Below, in pieces: positions 36,016 to 44,907 of a DNA stretch of 64,000 bases (position 1 is the stretch's first letter; every line of letters starts with the position of its first letter). Source of the DNA: Candidatus Rokuibacteriota bacterium (GTDB taxonomy: Bacteria; Methylomirabilota; Methylomirabilia; Rokubacteriales; CSP1-6). The stretch covers positions 6,925 to 70,924 of the forward strand of contig QHSP01000041.1 in assembly GCA_003220495.1 (NCBI GenBank), given 5' to 3'. The translations under genes were made by a program, and so were the position numbers. Below the pieces are notes generated by a model. It worked only from the letters and a program-made list of their open reading frames with translations. It was not told the DNA's origin and ran no database searches.

Positions 36016-37602
36016 CTAGAGATCGTTCCCGGAGTAGGAGAGGTTGAAGGACTTGTTACAGAGGGGAAAGTCCGGGACGATGTTCTTCAGCACGGCGTAC
36101 TCGAGCGCGGGCCAGTTTCGGAAGGACGGATCGACGACCTTCACGCGGCCGAGGGTCGAGGGTCCGCCGGCTACGACCCAGTGCCACACCGGTCCGCGCC
36201 ACGCTTCGACGAGACCGAGCGCGTGGGCGCCCGGGGTGAGCGGTGGTATCTGGGCGCGCGCCGCCCCCGGGGCATCGAGACGCGCCGCCTCGCGAACCAG
36301 GCGCGCGGCCTCGCGCGCCTCGTCGAGGCGCACCATCGTGCGGGCCCAGACGTCGCCCGTCCCGTAGACCGACACGTTCACGCCCGTCTCGGCGTACGCC
36401 GCGAAGGGCGCATCGCGCCGCAGGTCGGCGTCGATCCCGCTCGCCCGCCCCACGAGCCCGACGACCTGCATCTCCGTCGCCGTCTGCTCGGTCAGCCGCC
36501 CCGTGCCCTGGAGGCGTTCGAGCACCGTCGTGTTGTCGAGGCAGAGTCGCGCGATCCCGGCGAACTCGGCGACGAGGGTCTCCGCCCTCGTGGCGGCCTC
36601 GGCCAACCGCGCCGTCGTGATCGGCCCGGTCACGCCGCCCGGCACCACCGCGCCGCGGAGCAGCCGATGCCCGGTGAGACGCTCGTTGAGTCGAAGGAGC
36701 TCCTCGCGGATCCGGAAGCAGTGCGCGTGCCCGAAGGCGAAGCCGGTGTCGTTGACGATCATGCCCACGTCACCGACGTGGTTGTAGATCCGCTCGAGCT
36801 CGAGCAGGACGACTCGCAGCCGCGCGGCCCGCGCCGGCACCGTGCAGCCCGCGAGCGTCTCGAGCGCCTGGCAGTACGCGAGGACGTGGCCGACGCTCGT
36901 GTCGCCCGAGATGCGCTCGGCGAGCGCGGGCGCCCGGTCGAAGGCCAGGCCCTCGAAGAGCTTCTCCGTGCCCTTGTGCACGAAGCCGAGACGCGTCTCG
37001 AGGTTCACGATCGTCTCGCCCTCGACGCTGAAGCGGAAGTGCCCGGGCTCGATGATTCCGGCGTGGACGGGCCCCACGGTGATCTCGAAGATGCCCTCGC
37101 CCTCCACGCGCCGGAACGGGAACGGCTCACCCGTGTCGACGAAGTCCGTGCGTGGCACGGCGTCGCGGCGCAGCGGGTGATAGCCCTCCGGCCAGTACTG
37201 ATGGAGCGCGAGCCGTCGTCGATCCGGATGCCCCTGGGGGACCAGGCCGAACAGGTCGTGGATCTCGCGCTCGAAACGGCTGGCCGCGAACGAGCGCGTC
37301 GCGAGCGAGGCGAAGCGGGCCGTCCCGGCCGGGACGGCGACGAGCACGGTCACCGACGGCGCGAGCTGCGGCGGCGCGAAGACGTAGGCCAGCGTGAAGT
37401 CGCCGCCGGTGGCGCGCGTGTCGGCGGCGGCGAGGAATTGGCAGCGCGCGCCGAGCGGCGCCAGACGATCCGCGAGCGTGGGAATCTCCCAGGCGGGCAA
37501 CCGGCAGCGGATGCCGCTCGGGGACGACGAGGCGACGTCCGCGGCGCCGGCCCGTGTGGCGGCGTGGCGCAGCGAGTCGAGCGTGAGGGTCGCCGGCTGC
37601 AT
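36016..37602 (-). CDS. NuoC-NuoD/HycE-like fused large subunit lacking NiFe cysteines (EhrL-like)
   Basis: Start ATG 37602, 1 nt after the preceding stop. N-terminal 30-kDa/NuoC-like domain (FEREIHDLFG), then the HycE/NuoD fold (GPVHAGIIEPGHFRF). The L1 motif reads ERISGDTSVGH, not RxCGxCxxxH. The C-terminus reads CNKSFNLSYSGNDL, not DPCxxCxxR. Confidence 0.85.
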   Translation of the reverse strand: MQPATLTLDSLRHAATRAGAADVASSSPSGIRCRLPAWEIPTLADRLAPLGARCQFLAAADTRATGGDFTLAYVFAPPQLAPSVTVLVAVPAGTARFASLATRSFAASRFEREIHDLFGLVPQGHPDRRRLALHQYWPEGYHPLRRDAVPRTDFVDTGEPFPFRRVEGEGIFEITVGPVHAGIIEPGHFRFSVEGETIVNLETRLGFVHKGTEKLFEGLAFDRAPALAERISGDTSVGHVLAYCQALETLAGCTVPARAARLRVVLLELERIYNHVGDVGMIVNDTGFAFGHAHCFRIREELLRLNERLTGHRLLRGAVVPGGVTGPITTARLAEAATRAETLVAEFAGIARLCLDNTTVLERLQGTGRLTEQTATEMQVVGLVGRASGIDADLRRDAPFAAYAETGVNVSVYGTGDVWARTMVRLDEAREAARLVREAARLDAPGAARAQIPPLTPGAHALGLVEAWRGPVWHWVVAGGPSTLGRVKVVDPSFRNWPALEYAVLKNIVPDFPLCNKSFNLSYSGNDL

Positions 37603-37603
37603 C

Positions 37604-39037
37604 TCAGGGGACCACGATCGCGACGATGCGGGCGAGGACGTCGGCGAGGCCCGGCGGCCACGCGAGCCCGGTGAGCACGAGCAGCGCGAGCGGGGCGGCG
37701 ACCGGCAAGGCCGAGCGCCACCCGAAAGCCTCCTCGGCCGGCTCGCGCACGGGCGGTCCATACAAGATCGCGTGGACGCCCCGGAGGAGGCCCGCGAAGG
37801 CGATCACGAGCAGAAACAACGCGACCCCCGCGACGGCCGCAAACCCCTGCGCGAAGCCGGCGCCGAAGATCATCACCTCGCTGACGAACAGTCCGAACGG
37901 CGGCAACCCGACGAGGGCCAGCATCGCCGCCAGGAACGCCGCGCCGGTCCGCGGCATGCTGCGCATCAGCCCGCCGACGGCCGCGATCTCGGCCGACCCG
38001 TACGCGGCGCGGATGCGGCCCGAGATCAGAAAGCCAGTCGACTTGGCCAGGGCATGGTTGGCGACGTGCAGGAGCGCACCGGAGGTGCCCAGGGTTCCGC
38101 CGAAGCCGAGCCCGAGGCAGACGAGACCGATGTGCTCGACACTCGAGTACGCGAGCATGCGCTTGTAGTTGGGCGAGGTCCACAGGAATGCCGCGGCCAC
38201 GGCGACGGACAGCACGCCGAGCGAAAGCAAGATGCCGCGCGCGAAGCCGGGCCCGGCCGCCGCGTCCACGGCGGGCTTGAATCTCAGGACCGCGTAAACG
38301 CCGACGCTCAGCAGCACGCCCGACATGAGGGCGCTCACCGGCGCCGGCGCCTCGCTGTGGGCGTCGGGCAGCCACGTGTGCATCGGCGCCAGCCCGGCCT
38401 TCGTGCCATAGCCGACCACGAGGAACACGAACGCGAGCTCGATGACTCGCGGCGCCAGCCCGGGCGCCAGCCGCAGGAGCGTCGTCCACCGAAGGGCGTG
38501 GACCTCGTCGCCGAACTGCTGGATGCCGGCGAAATACACCAGGACAGTCCCGAGGAACGCGATGGCGATGCCCACCGAGCAGATCAGCAGATACTTGTAG
38601 GACGCCTCGAGCGAGGCGCGCGTGCGCTCGAAGTTGACGAGGAAGACCGACGCGAGCGTGGTGCCCTCGACCGCGACCCACATGAGCCCGACGTCGTCGG
38701 TCGAGACGGCGAGCAGCATCGTGAACACGAACAGGTGGAAGAGCGGATAGAAGCGGCCCGGCGTCGCGTGCGCGACGTAACGGGGCGCTTCCGACGCGGC
38801 CAGCGCGCCGACGATGCCGATGAGGGCGATCATCCACGCCGACAGGGCGTCGGCGCGAAGCAACCCGTCGAACGCCGCCAGCGGCTCGCCGCGGTTCACC
38901 GTCACGGCCACGGCGAGGGCGCCCACCAGGGTCAGCGCCGCCGTCACGGCGTGGAGCGTCGCCGCGAGCCGGCCGACCGCGCGCCACGAGAGCGCGGCCC
39001 CGACGAGCGGGACCGCCAGGACGAACACCAGCATCAT
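37604..39037 (-). CDS. NuoM/N / HyfF-like antiporter-type membrane subunit (EhrD-like)
   Basis: 477 aa: ..VAVEGTTLASVFLV..., GTKAGLAPMHTWLPDAHSEAPAPVSALMSG (Proton_antipo_M signature). ATGA overlap with the upstream gene. Confidence 0.85.
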   Translation of the reverse strand: MMLVFVLAVPLVGAALSWRAVGRLAATLHAVTAALTLVGALAVAVTVNRGEPLAAFDGLLRADALSAWMIALIGIVGALAASEAPRYVAHATPGRFYPLFHLFVFTMLLAVSTDDVGLMWVAVEGTTLASVFLVNFERTRASLEASYKYLLICSVGIAIAFLGTVLVYFAGIQQFGDEVHALRWTTLLRLAPGLAPRVIELAFVFLVVGYGTKAGLAPMHTWLPDAHSEAPAPVSALMSGVLLSVGVYAVLRFKPAVDAAAGPGFARGILLSLGVLSVAVAAAFLWTSPNYKRMLAYSSVEHIGLVCLGLGFGGTLGTSGALLHVANHALAKSTGFLISGRIRAAYGSAEIAAVGGLMRSMPRTGAAFLAAMLALVGLPPFGLFVSEVMIFGAGFAQGFAAVAGVALFLLVIAFAGLLRGVHAILYGPPVREPAEEAFGWRSALPVAAPLALLVLTGLAWPPGLADVLARIVAIVVP

Positions 39038-39675
39038 CCTCGAAGCTCCCGCAGACGGTCGACGTCGATCGAGTCGTGCTCGCGGCGGACCTGGACGACC
39101 ACGGCTTCCATGATGAGGACGATCACCAGCACATCGAGAAAGACCCCCGCCTCCACGATGCCGGGCAGGCCGTAGGTCGCCAGGATCGCCAGGCCGAAGA
39201 TCCCGTTCTCGAAGACGAGGAAGCCGAGGATGTGGCCCAGCGCATCGCGGCCGGTGACGCAGAGCGCGAGCCCGATCAGCGCCATCGCGAACGCCAGGGG
39301 GATCGCGCCCTCGGTCGGCAGCTCCACCGACGAGGTGACCGGCAGCATGATCACGTAGGCCGCGACGACGAGCCCGCCCGCCACCAGGAGCGTGATTCCC
39401 GAAGAGCGGCCGGGCGCGATGGGTCGCACGGGAGCCCCCGATCCGATCCGGGCGAGCACGCGCGGGATCACCAACCCCTTGACCACGATGACGACGGCGG
39501 CCACCAGCACAAGGCCGCGGCGCTGCGCCAGCACACCGACGGTGCTCGCCAGGGCCGCGAGCAGGAGCGATTGCGCCGCGAAGAGCCGTAACCGCGCCGG
39601 CCAGCTCTGTCGCCAGACGATCAGCAGGGTGACCACCAGCCCCAGAAACGCCAGGAGGTTCGACGCGGTCGTCAT
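39034..39675 (-). CDS. HyfE-like small membrane subunit (EhrC-like)
   Basis: Start ATG 39675 (ATGA overlap). 213 aa, about 6 TM, ending ...LGFLVFENGIFGLAI...VLVIVLIMEAVV as in HyfE/NuoK-related subunits. Confidence 0.75.
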   Translation of the reverse strand: MTTASNLLAFLGLVVTLLIVWRQSWPARLRLFAAQSLLLAALASTVGVLAQRRGLVLVAAVVIVVKGLVIPRVLARIGSGAPVRPIAPGRSSGITLLVAGGLVVAAYVIMLPVTSSVELPTEGAIPLAFAMALIGLALCVTGRDALGHILGFLVFENGIFGLAILATYGLPGIVEAGVFLDVLVIVLIMEAVVVQVRREHDSIDVDRLRELRG

Positions 39676-40616
39676 CGAACGAGGAAGACCGCCATGAGCG
39701 AGAGGAAGGCGAGCGCGAACGATCCGGCGAGCAGCTCGGGAACGCGGAACAATCTCAGCTTCGCCACCGCGGTCTCGAGCACCGCGACGGCTATGGTGAG
39801 AAGGGCGAGCTTGCCGGTCAGCGCCAGGAGGCCCCGGAGCACGGCAACGGGTCCGCTGGGCTCCGTCAGGCCCCACGGCACGAAGAGGTTCGCTAGCAAG
39901 GTCATGAACAGAAACAGCTTCATCGCCGACGCCCACTCGACGAGCGCGAGATGTCGGCCCGAGTACTCGAGCACCATCGCCTCGTGGATCATGGTCAGCT
40001 CGAGGTGGGTCGCCGGGTTGTCGACCGGAAGCCGCCCGGTCTCAGCCAGCATGACGATGAAGAACGCCGCGAACGCGAGGAGGTGCGCCGGGTTGGCCGC
40101 CAGCCACGGCTCGCCGCCGAAACGCTCGACGATGCGCCCGAGGTCGATCGTATCGGCGCGCAGCGCGAGCGCGAACACCGCGACGATGACCGTCGGCTCG
40201 GCGAGCGCGGCGACGGCTACCTCCCGACTGGAGCCCATGCCACCGAACGCGCTGCCCGCGTCCAATCCCGCCAGCGCGAGGAAGAACGTGCCGAGCATGA
40301 AGAGGTACACGAGCAGGATGATGTTGCCCGCGAACGTCAGCGGCGGCCGCACCGTCACCACCGGCACCACGAGCGCGGTGACCAGCAGGGTCGCCACGAG
40401 GATGTACGGCGTGGCGCGGAACACCCAGGAGGTCGTCGTCGACACGACCGCCTCTTTCGCGAGCAGCTTGCGGAAATCGGCATAGGGCTGCCACGGGCTC
40501 GGCCCGCGGCGTCCCACGAGGCGCGCCTTGAGCGTCCGGAGCGCGCCGACCAGGAGGGGCGCTCCGGCTCCGACGATCACGACCTGCACGATCGCCAGGG
40601 CGATGCCGGCGATCAC
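39672..40616 (-). CDS. NuoH/HycD-like membrane subunit (EhrB-like)
   Basis: GTG start 40616 (GTGA overlap). LKARLVGRRGPSPWQPYADFRKLLAKE...AETGRLPVDNPATHLELTMIHEAMVLEYSG, the diagnostic NuoH/HycD loop motifs. Confidence 0.85.
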   Translation of the reverse strand: MIAGIALAIVQVVIVGAGAPLLVGALRTLKARLVGRRGPSPWQPYADFRKLLAKEAVVSTTTSWVFRATPYILVATLLVTALVVPVVTVRPPLTFAGNIILLVYLFMLGTFFLALAGLDAGSAFGGMGSSREVAVAALAEPTVIVAVFALALRADTIDLGRIVERFGGEPWLAANPAHLLAFAAFFIVMLAETGRLPVDNPATHLELTMIHEAMVLEYSGRHLALVEWASAMKLFLFMTLLANLFVPWGLTEPSGPVAVLRGLLALTGKLALLTIAVAVLETAVAKLRLFRVPELLAGSFALAFLSLMAVFLVR

Positions 40617-42520
40617 GCGAGCACCAGCATCAGCAGGAGGGCGACCAGGATGTAGGCCAGATATTGGTTCGCGCTGCCCGACTGCAGCGCTCCGACGGCG
40701 CGCGCCCCGGCGTGGAGGAGGTCGAGCGCGGGCCGGTAGAGCCAGTCGTCGAAGATCGAGCGCGTCGGGTTCTCGTATTCGATCCGTTCGACGAAGAAGC
40801 GCGACTCCGGGTGGAACTCGATGTCGAGGCGCTTCGTGGGCCGATAGAAGAAGTCGAAGACGCGCTTGAACGGGTTGGCGAACGCGGTCGCCGTGTACTC
40901 CATCCGCGCGGTCTGCACGATACGGCCGCAGCCCCACGTCTCGTAACCGCGTGTCCGGCGCGACGCGCCCACGAGCCGGAGGGCCGCGAGGGGGACGAGG
41001 AACGACGCGGCAAGGACGACGGCGATCGCCGCCGTGGAGAGGCTCGCAAACTCGCCCGACACGCGGAGCGTCAGCCAGTCCCCTCCGGTCGCCTGCGGCG
41101 CCGTGCGCAAGACAGCGGCGGCGACGGCCCCGAACACCGGAACGACGAGCGTCGGTCCCAGCCCGAGCGCGACGCACGCGGCCGCCAGCGCGAGCATGGC
41201 CAGACGCATCGGCGGGCTCGCCTCGTGGGCGCCGGCCGCGGCGTCGCTCCGAGGCAGGGCCAGGAACGTGATGCCGAACGCCTTGACGAAGCACGCCATC
41301 GCCAGACCGCCGGTCAGCGCGAGACTCGCGATGCCGAGGGTGAAGACCAGATTCTGTCCGACCGACTCGAGACGCATGTTTTGGAACAGCGCCAGAAACG
41401 TGAGCCATTCGCTCACGAACCCGTTGAGCGGCGGCAGCGCGGCGATCGCGGCCGAGCCGATCAGGAAGCAGGCGGCGGTCCACGGCATCCGCTTGATGAG
41501 CCCGCCCATCGCCTCCATGTTCCTGGTGCCCGTCGCGTGGACGACGGCGCCGGCGCCCAGAAAGAGCAGCGCCTTGAACGCCGCGTGATTGACGGTGTGA
41601 TAGAGCGCCGCGATCAATCCGAGCAACGCGAGCGCGTCGAGGCCGGCGACCCGGTAGAGCGCCGCGCTCCCGATGCCCAGGAGAATGATGCCGATGTTCT
41701 CGATGCTGTGGAACGCCAGAAGCCGCTTGAGATCGTGCTCGACGAGCGCGTAGAGCACTCCGATCACCGACGAGGCGGCGCCCGCGATCAGCAGCGCGGC
41801 GCCCCACCAGGGCGGACCGACCCCGAGCCAGTCGAGGCTCACGCGCAGAAGCCCGTAGATGCCGAGCTTGATCATGACCCCCGACATGAGCGCCGACACG
41901 TGGCTCGGCGCGGCCGGGTGGGCGAGCGGCAGCCAGACGTGCAGCGGAATCACGCCGGCCTTGCCCGCGAAGCCGAGCGCCAGCAGGACGAAGGCCGCGT
42001 CGCGCGTCGTGGGCGCGAGCGCCGACGCCGCCGCGCGCCAGTCCGCGAACCGCGGGCTCCCGACATCGGCGCCGAGCAGGAGCATGCCCGCGAGCAAGCA
42101 GGCGAGGCCGGCATGGGTCATGACGGCGTAGACCCAGGCGGCGCGGATCGACTCCCTGGACTCCCGGTCGCGCAGAACCAGAAAGTAGGACGCCAGCGAC
42201 ATCAGCTCCCACGCGATCAGGAAGGTCATCGTGTTCGCGGCGAGCGGCACGACGCACATCGACGCGACGAAGACGAAGTACGCGAATCGCCCAGTGTCGC
42301 CGTCGGGATAGCCCAGGGCGTAGACCGACGCCGGCACTACGGCGAGGCCGATCAGTGCGAGGAAGAGCCCGCCGAGCGGATCGAGCGTCAGCTCGATCCC
42401 GCCCAGAGGCACCAGCCACGTCAGCCGTAGCGTGCCGGCGCCGCCCGCGACGCCGTAGCCGCCGAGGCCGGCGGCGGCAATGCCGATGAGGATGACCGAT
42501 CCGTACGCGAGCCGGGTCAT
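40613..42520 (-). CDS. NuoL/HyfB/HycC-like antiporter-type membrane subunit (EhrA-like)
   Basis: Start ATG 42520 (ATGA overlap). 635 aa: IAWELMSLASYFLV...GKAGVIPLHVWLPLAHPAAPSHVSALMSGVMIK..., plus a C-terminal extension. Confidence 0.85.
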   Translation of the reverse strand: MTRLAYGSVILIGIAAAGLGGYGVAGGAGTLRLTWLVPLGGIELTLDPLGGLFLALIGLAVVPASVYALGYPDGDTGRFAYFVFVASMCVVPLAANTMTFLIAWELMSLASYFLVLRDRESRESIRAAWVYAVMTHAGLACLLAGMLLLGADVGSPRFADWRAAASALAPTTRDAAFVLLALGFAGKAGVIPLHVWLPLAHPAAPSHVSALMSGVMIKLGIYGLLRVSLDWLGVGPPWWGAALLIAGAASSVIGVLYALVEHDLKRLLAFHSIENIGIILLGIGSAALYRVAGLDALALLGLIAALYHTVNHAAFKALLFLGAGAVVHATGTRNMEAMGGLIKRMPWTAACFLIGSAAIAALPPLNGFVSEWLTFLALFQNMRLESVGQNLVFTLGIASLALTGGLAMACFVKAFGITFLALPRSDAAAGAHEASPPMRLAMLALAAACVALGLGPTLVVPVFGAVAAAVLRTAPQATGGDWLTLRVSGEFASLSTAAIAVVLAASFLVPLAALRLVGASRRTRGYETWGCGRIVQTARMEYTATAFANPFKRVFDFFYRPTKRLDIEFHPESRFFVERIEYENPTRSIFDDWLYRPALDLLHAGARAVGALQSGSANQYLAYILVALLLMLVLA

Positions 42521-43029
42521 CGCGCCAGCCGGCCGATCGCCTCGAGCAGGCCGGCGAGCAGCGCCGCCGGCGAGGGGGGACACCCGGGGATGACCGCGTC
42601 GACCGGCACCACGTCGGCCACACCGCCCACGATCGCGTAGGATCCGCGGAAGACACCGCCGTCCCGTCCGCAGTCGCCCACGGCCACGACGAACTTCGGA
42701 TCCGGCGTCGCGTGCCACGTGCGCCGCAGCGCTTCGGCCATGTTGCGGGTCACCGGGCCGGTCACCAGCAGGCAATCGGCGTGGCGCGGCGAGGCGACGA
42801 AATGCACCCCGAACCGCTCGAGATCGTAGTGCGGTCCGGTGAGGCCGGTGATCTCGAGCTCGCAGCCGTTGCAGGAGCCGGCGTCGACCTGCCGGATCGC
42901 GAGCGAGCGGCCGAAGTGCCGCGCGACCTCCGAGGCCAGGCGCTCGCCGATCCGCTCGAGCTCGCCGGCGGGGACGACCGGCTCGGTGACGATTCCCGTG
43001 CGGAGCGCGGTCCGAAGCTGGCGAAACAC
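42517..43029 (-). CDS. NuoB/HycG-like small subunit with one 4Fe-4S site (EhrS-like)
   Basis: GTG start 43029, 1 nt after the arsR stop. VDAGSCNGCELE...SPRHADCLLVTGPVT...AVGDCGRDGG...IPGCPPSP. The four cluster cysteines are retained. The track ORF to 43386 reads through arsR in another frame. Confidence 0.85.
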   Translation of the reverse strand: MFRQLRTALRTGIVTEPVVPAGELERIGERLASEVARHFGRSLAIRQVDAGSCNGCELEITGLTGPHYDLERFGVHFVASPRHADCLLVTGPVTRNMAEALRRTWHATPDPKFVVAVGDCGRDGGVFRGSYAIVGGVADVVPVDAVIPGCPPSPAALLAGLLEAIGRLAR

Positions 43030-43030
43030 G

Positions 43031-43390
43031 TCAGCGCCGCGCCGGCCGGCGCGTTTCCTGACGGAGCTCGCGCAACATGGTCTGGGTGCCAGCCAGCTGG
43101 TTGTTGAAGATCCGCCGCGCCACGTCGAGGAGGTCGCCGACGAGCGGATCGCGGATCTCGTAGCGCACCGTCGTGCCCTCCTTGCGCGCGGCCACGATGT
43201 TCTTGGCGCGCAAGACGGCGAGCTGCTGCGACACGGTGGACTGGTCGAGGTCGAGGCGGGTCTGGAGCTCCTGGACGCTCCGCTCGCCGGCGCGCAGAAT
43301 TTCGAGGATCCTGATGCGGATCGGGTGGGCCAGCGCCTTGAAGAACTCGGCCTTGAACGACTGGAGGTGGGGCGAGGGCGCTGCACTCAC
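43031..43390 (-). CDS. ArsR/SmtB-family transcriptional regulator
   Basis: 119 aa, GTG start: FFKALAHPIRIRILEILRAGERSVQELQTRLDLDQSTVSQQLAVLRAKNIV (wHTH). Confidence 0.85.
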   Translation of the reverse strand: MSAAPSPHLQSFKAEFFKALAHPIRIRILEILRAGERSVQELQTRLDLDQSTVSQQLAVLRAKNIVAARKEGTTVRYEIRDPLVGDLLDVARRIFNNQLAGTQTMLRELRQETRRPARR

Positions 43391-43397
43391 GACGATC

Positions 43398-43425
43398 AGA
43401 ATATCAAAATATCTCTATATTCCAA
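43398..43425 (-). promoter_or_regulatory. Candidate promoter (TTGGAA-N16-TATTCT) with embedded inverted repeat GAATAT-N12-ATATTC; would give a near-leaderless arsR mRNA
   Basis: An AT-rich 30-nt patch in an otherwise GC-rich context. The -10 ends 7 nt before the GTG at 43390, and there is no Shine-Dalgarno. The inverted repeat 43399-43422 overlaps the spacer, like ArsR/SmtB operators. Confidence 0.4.
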
Positions 43426-44497
43426 GAAGACCGCGGTACACCGCGGTCGTGCGGGTCATCGTCGCGTCGATCGTGTAGCGCTCCCGCACCATCGCCTGGC
43501 CGGCCCGGGCCATCGCCCGCGCGCGCTCGGGCTCGCGGAGCAGCGCCAGGATCGCGTCGGCCAGGGCGCGGGCGTCGCCCGGGGGCACGAGGCGGCCATT
43601 CTCCCCGTCGCGGATCAGCTCGGGACTGCCGCCGACGGTCGAGGCCACGACCGGTGTGCCGACGGCCAGCGCCTGGGGGATCACCTGCGGGATCGCTTCG
43701 GACCTGATCGACGGCAGCACCAGCACGTCGAGGGCCGCCATCACCTCGGGAATGTCCCGGCGAAATCCGGTGAGGCGCACGCTCGTGTCGAGGCTCATCT
43801 CGCGAACTCGTCGCGACACCTCGTCGAAGCCGACCCCGTCGCCGACGATCAAGAAACGCGCGTCGGGCTTGCTCACGAGCACCGCGCGCGCCGCCTCGAG
43901 GAAGACGTTGTGGCCCTTCGAGCCGCGCACGTTGGCGACGAGCCCAACGACCGGCGCCTCGTCCAGGCCCAGCTCGGCGCGAACCGGCCTGCCGGATACC
44001 CCCGCGTGAAACTGGTCGCCATCGACCCCCGCGGAGATCGCCACGACCCGCTCGGGCGCGATGCCCGCCGCGATGACGATCGATCGGACCCCTTCGCCGC
44101 TGGTGATGACGCGATCGGCGAGCCGGTAGACGAGGGCGCGGCGCCGGCGGATCGGGATCGAGACGTGCCGGCTGCGCACGACGGGGCGCCCGAGCGATTT
44201 CGCCGCGACGCCGGCGAGCCAGCTGTCGATAGAGCTATGGGTGTGGACGAGGCTGACGTCGCGGTCCCGGATGAGCCGGCGCAGACGGAGGATCCCGCCG
44301 ACGTCGGTCGCGCTTCGCATTCGCAGGGGCTCGACCGGGATCGCCGATGCCCTCGCCTCGGCGAAGAGGGGGCTATCGGGTTGACAGGCGATCAGCGCTC
44401 CCCAGCCGTGGCCGAGGAGCCAGCGCACCTCGGCGAGCGTACGGATCTCCTGACCGCCGTGGCCGCCGGACGACTCGGTGTGCAGGACGGTCGGCAT
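43415..44497 (-). CDS. GT4-family (GT-B) glycosyltransferase
   Basis: 360 aa: GGHGGQE...VHTHSS...; C-terminal LPSIRSEAIPQVIPQALAVGTPVVAS..GG.PE.I.DG.NG (E-x7-E region). Confidence 0.85.
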   Translation of the reverse strand: MPTVLHTESSGGHGGQEIRTLAEVRWLLGHGWGALIACQPDSPLFAEARASAIPVEPLRMRSATDVGGILRLRRLIRDRDVSLVHTHSSIDSWLAGVAAKSLGRPVVRSRHVSIPIRRRRALVYRLADRVITSGEGVRSIVIAAGIAPERVVAISAGVDGDQFHAGVSGRPVRAELGLDEAPVVGLVANVRGSKGHNVFLEAARAVLVSKPDARFLIVGDGVGFDEVSRRVREMSLDTSVRLTGFRRDIPEVMAALDVLVLPSIRSEAIPQVIPQALAVGTPVVASTVGGSPELIRDGENGRLVPPGDARALADAILALLREPERARAMARAGQAMVRERYTIDATMTRTTAVYRGLLGI

Positions 44498-44556
44498 GAA
44501 GGCAGACTACCGCCCCGCGCGCTCGAGCGAGAAAACGCTAGGGAATGTGAGCTGCG

Positions 44557-44907
44557 TTACCAGCGACCGCCGCGGGAGCCCCCGCGGCCGGCGCCACCGC
44601 CGCCGCCGAAGCCACCGCGACCGCCGCCACCGCCGCCGCGCCGGTCGCCGCCGCCTGAGCCTGGGGCCTTCGCCTTCTCGACCTGAATCGTCCGGCCGTC
44701 GAGGTTCGTGCCGTTGAGGCGGCTAATGGCCTGCTCGGCTTCCTCGGGAGTCGCCATTTCGACGAACCCGAAGCCGCGCGATCGGCCGGTGTCCCGGTCG
44801 GTCACGACACTCGCAGATTCGACGCTGCCGACCGCCGCGAAAGCTTCGCGCAGGCGCTCGTTAGAGGTGGAGAAAGACAGACCGCCTACGAAGAGTTTGA
44901 CCGCCAT
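44557..44907 (-). CDS. RRM-type RNA-binding protein with Gly/Arg-rich tail
   Basis: KLFVGGLSF (RNP-2)...RSRGFGFVEM (RNP-1)..., then GGGDRRGGGGGGRGGFGGGGGAGRGGSRGGRW. GAAGGAG Shine-Dalgarno and a TATACT -10-like box upstream. Confidence 0.9.
   Translation of the reverse strand: MAVKLFVGGLSFSTSNERLREAFAAVGSVESASVVTDRDTGRSRGFGFVEMATPEEAEQAISRLNGTNLDGRTIQVEKAKAPGSGGGDRRGGGGGGRGGFGGGGGAGRGGSRGGRW

Noticed and set aside
36016-43029. Calling the cluster a formate hydrogenlyase / Hyf-type [NiFe] hydrogenase.
   Set aside because: All four NiFe-ligating cysteines of the large subunit are substituted. No HycF, Hyp, HycI or FdhF genes accompany it. It is kept as a hydrogenase-related complex of unknown function.
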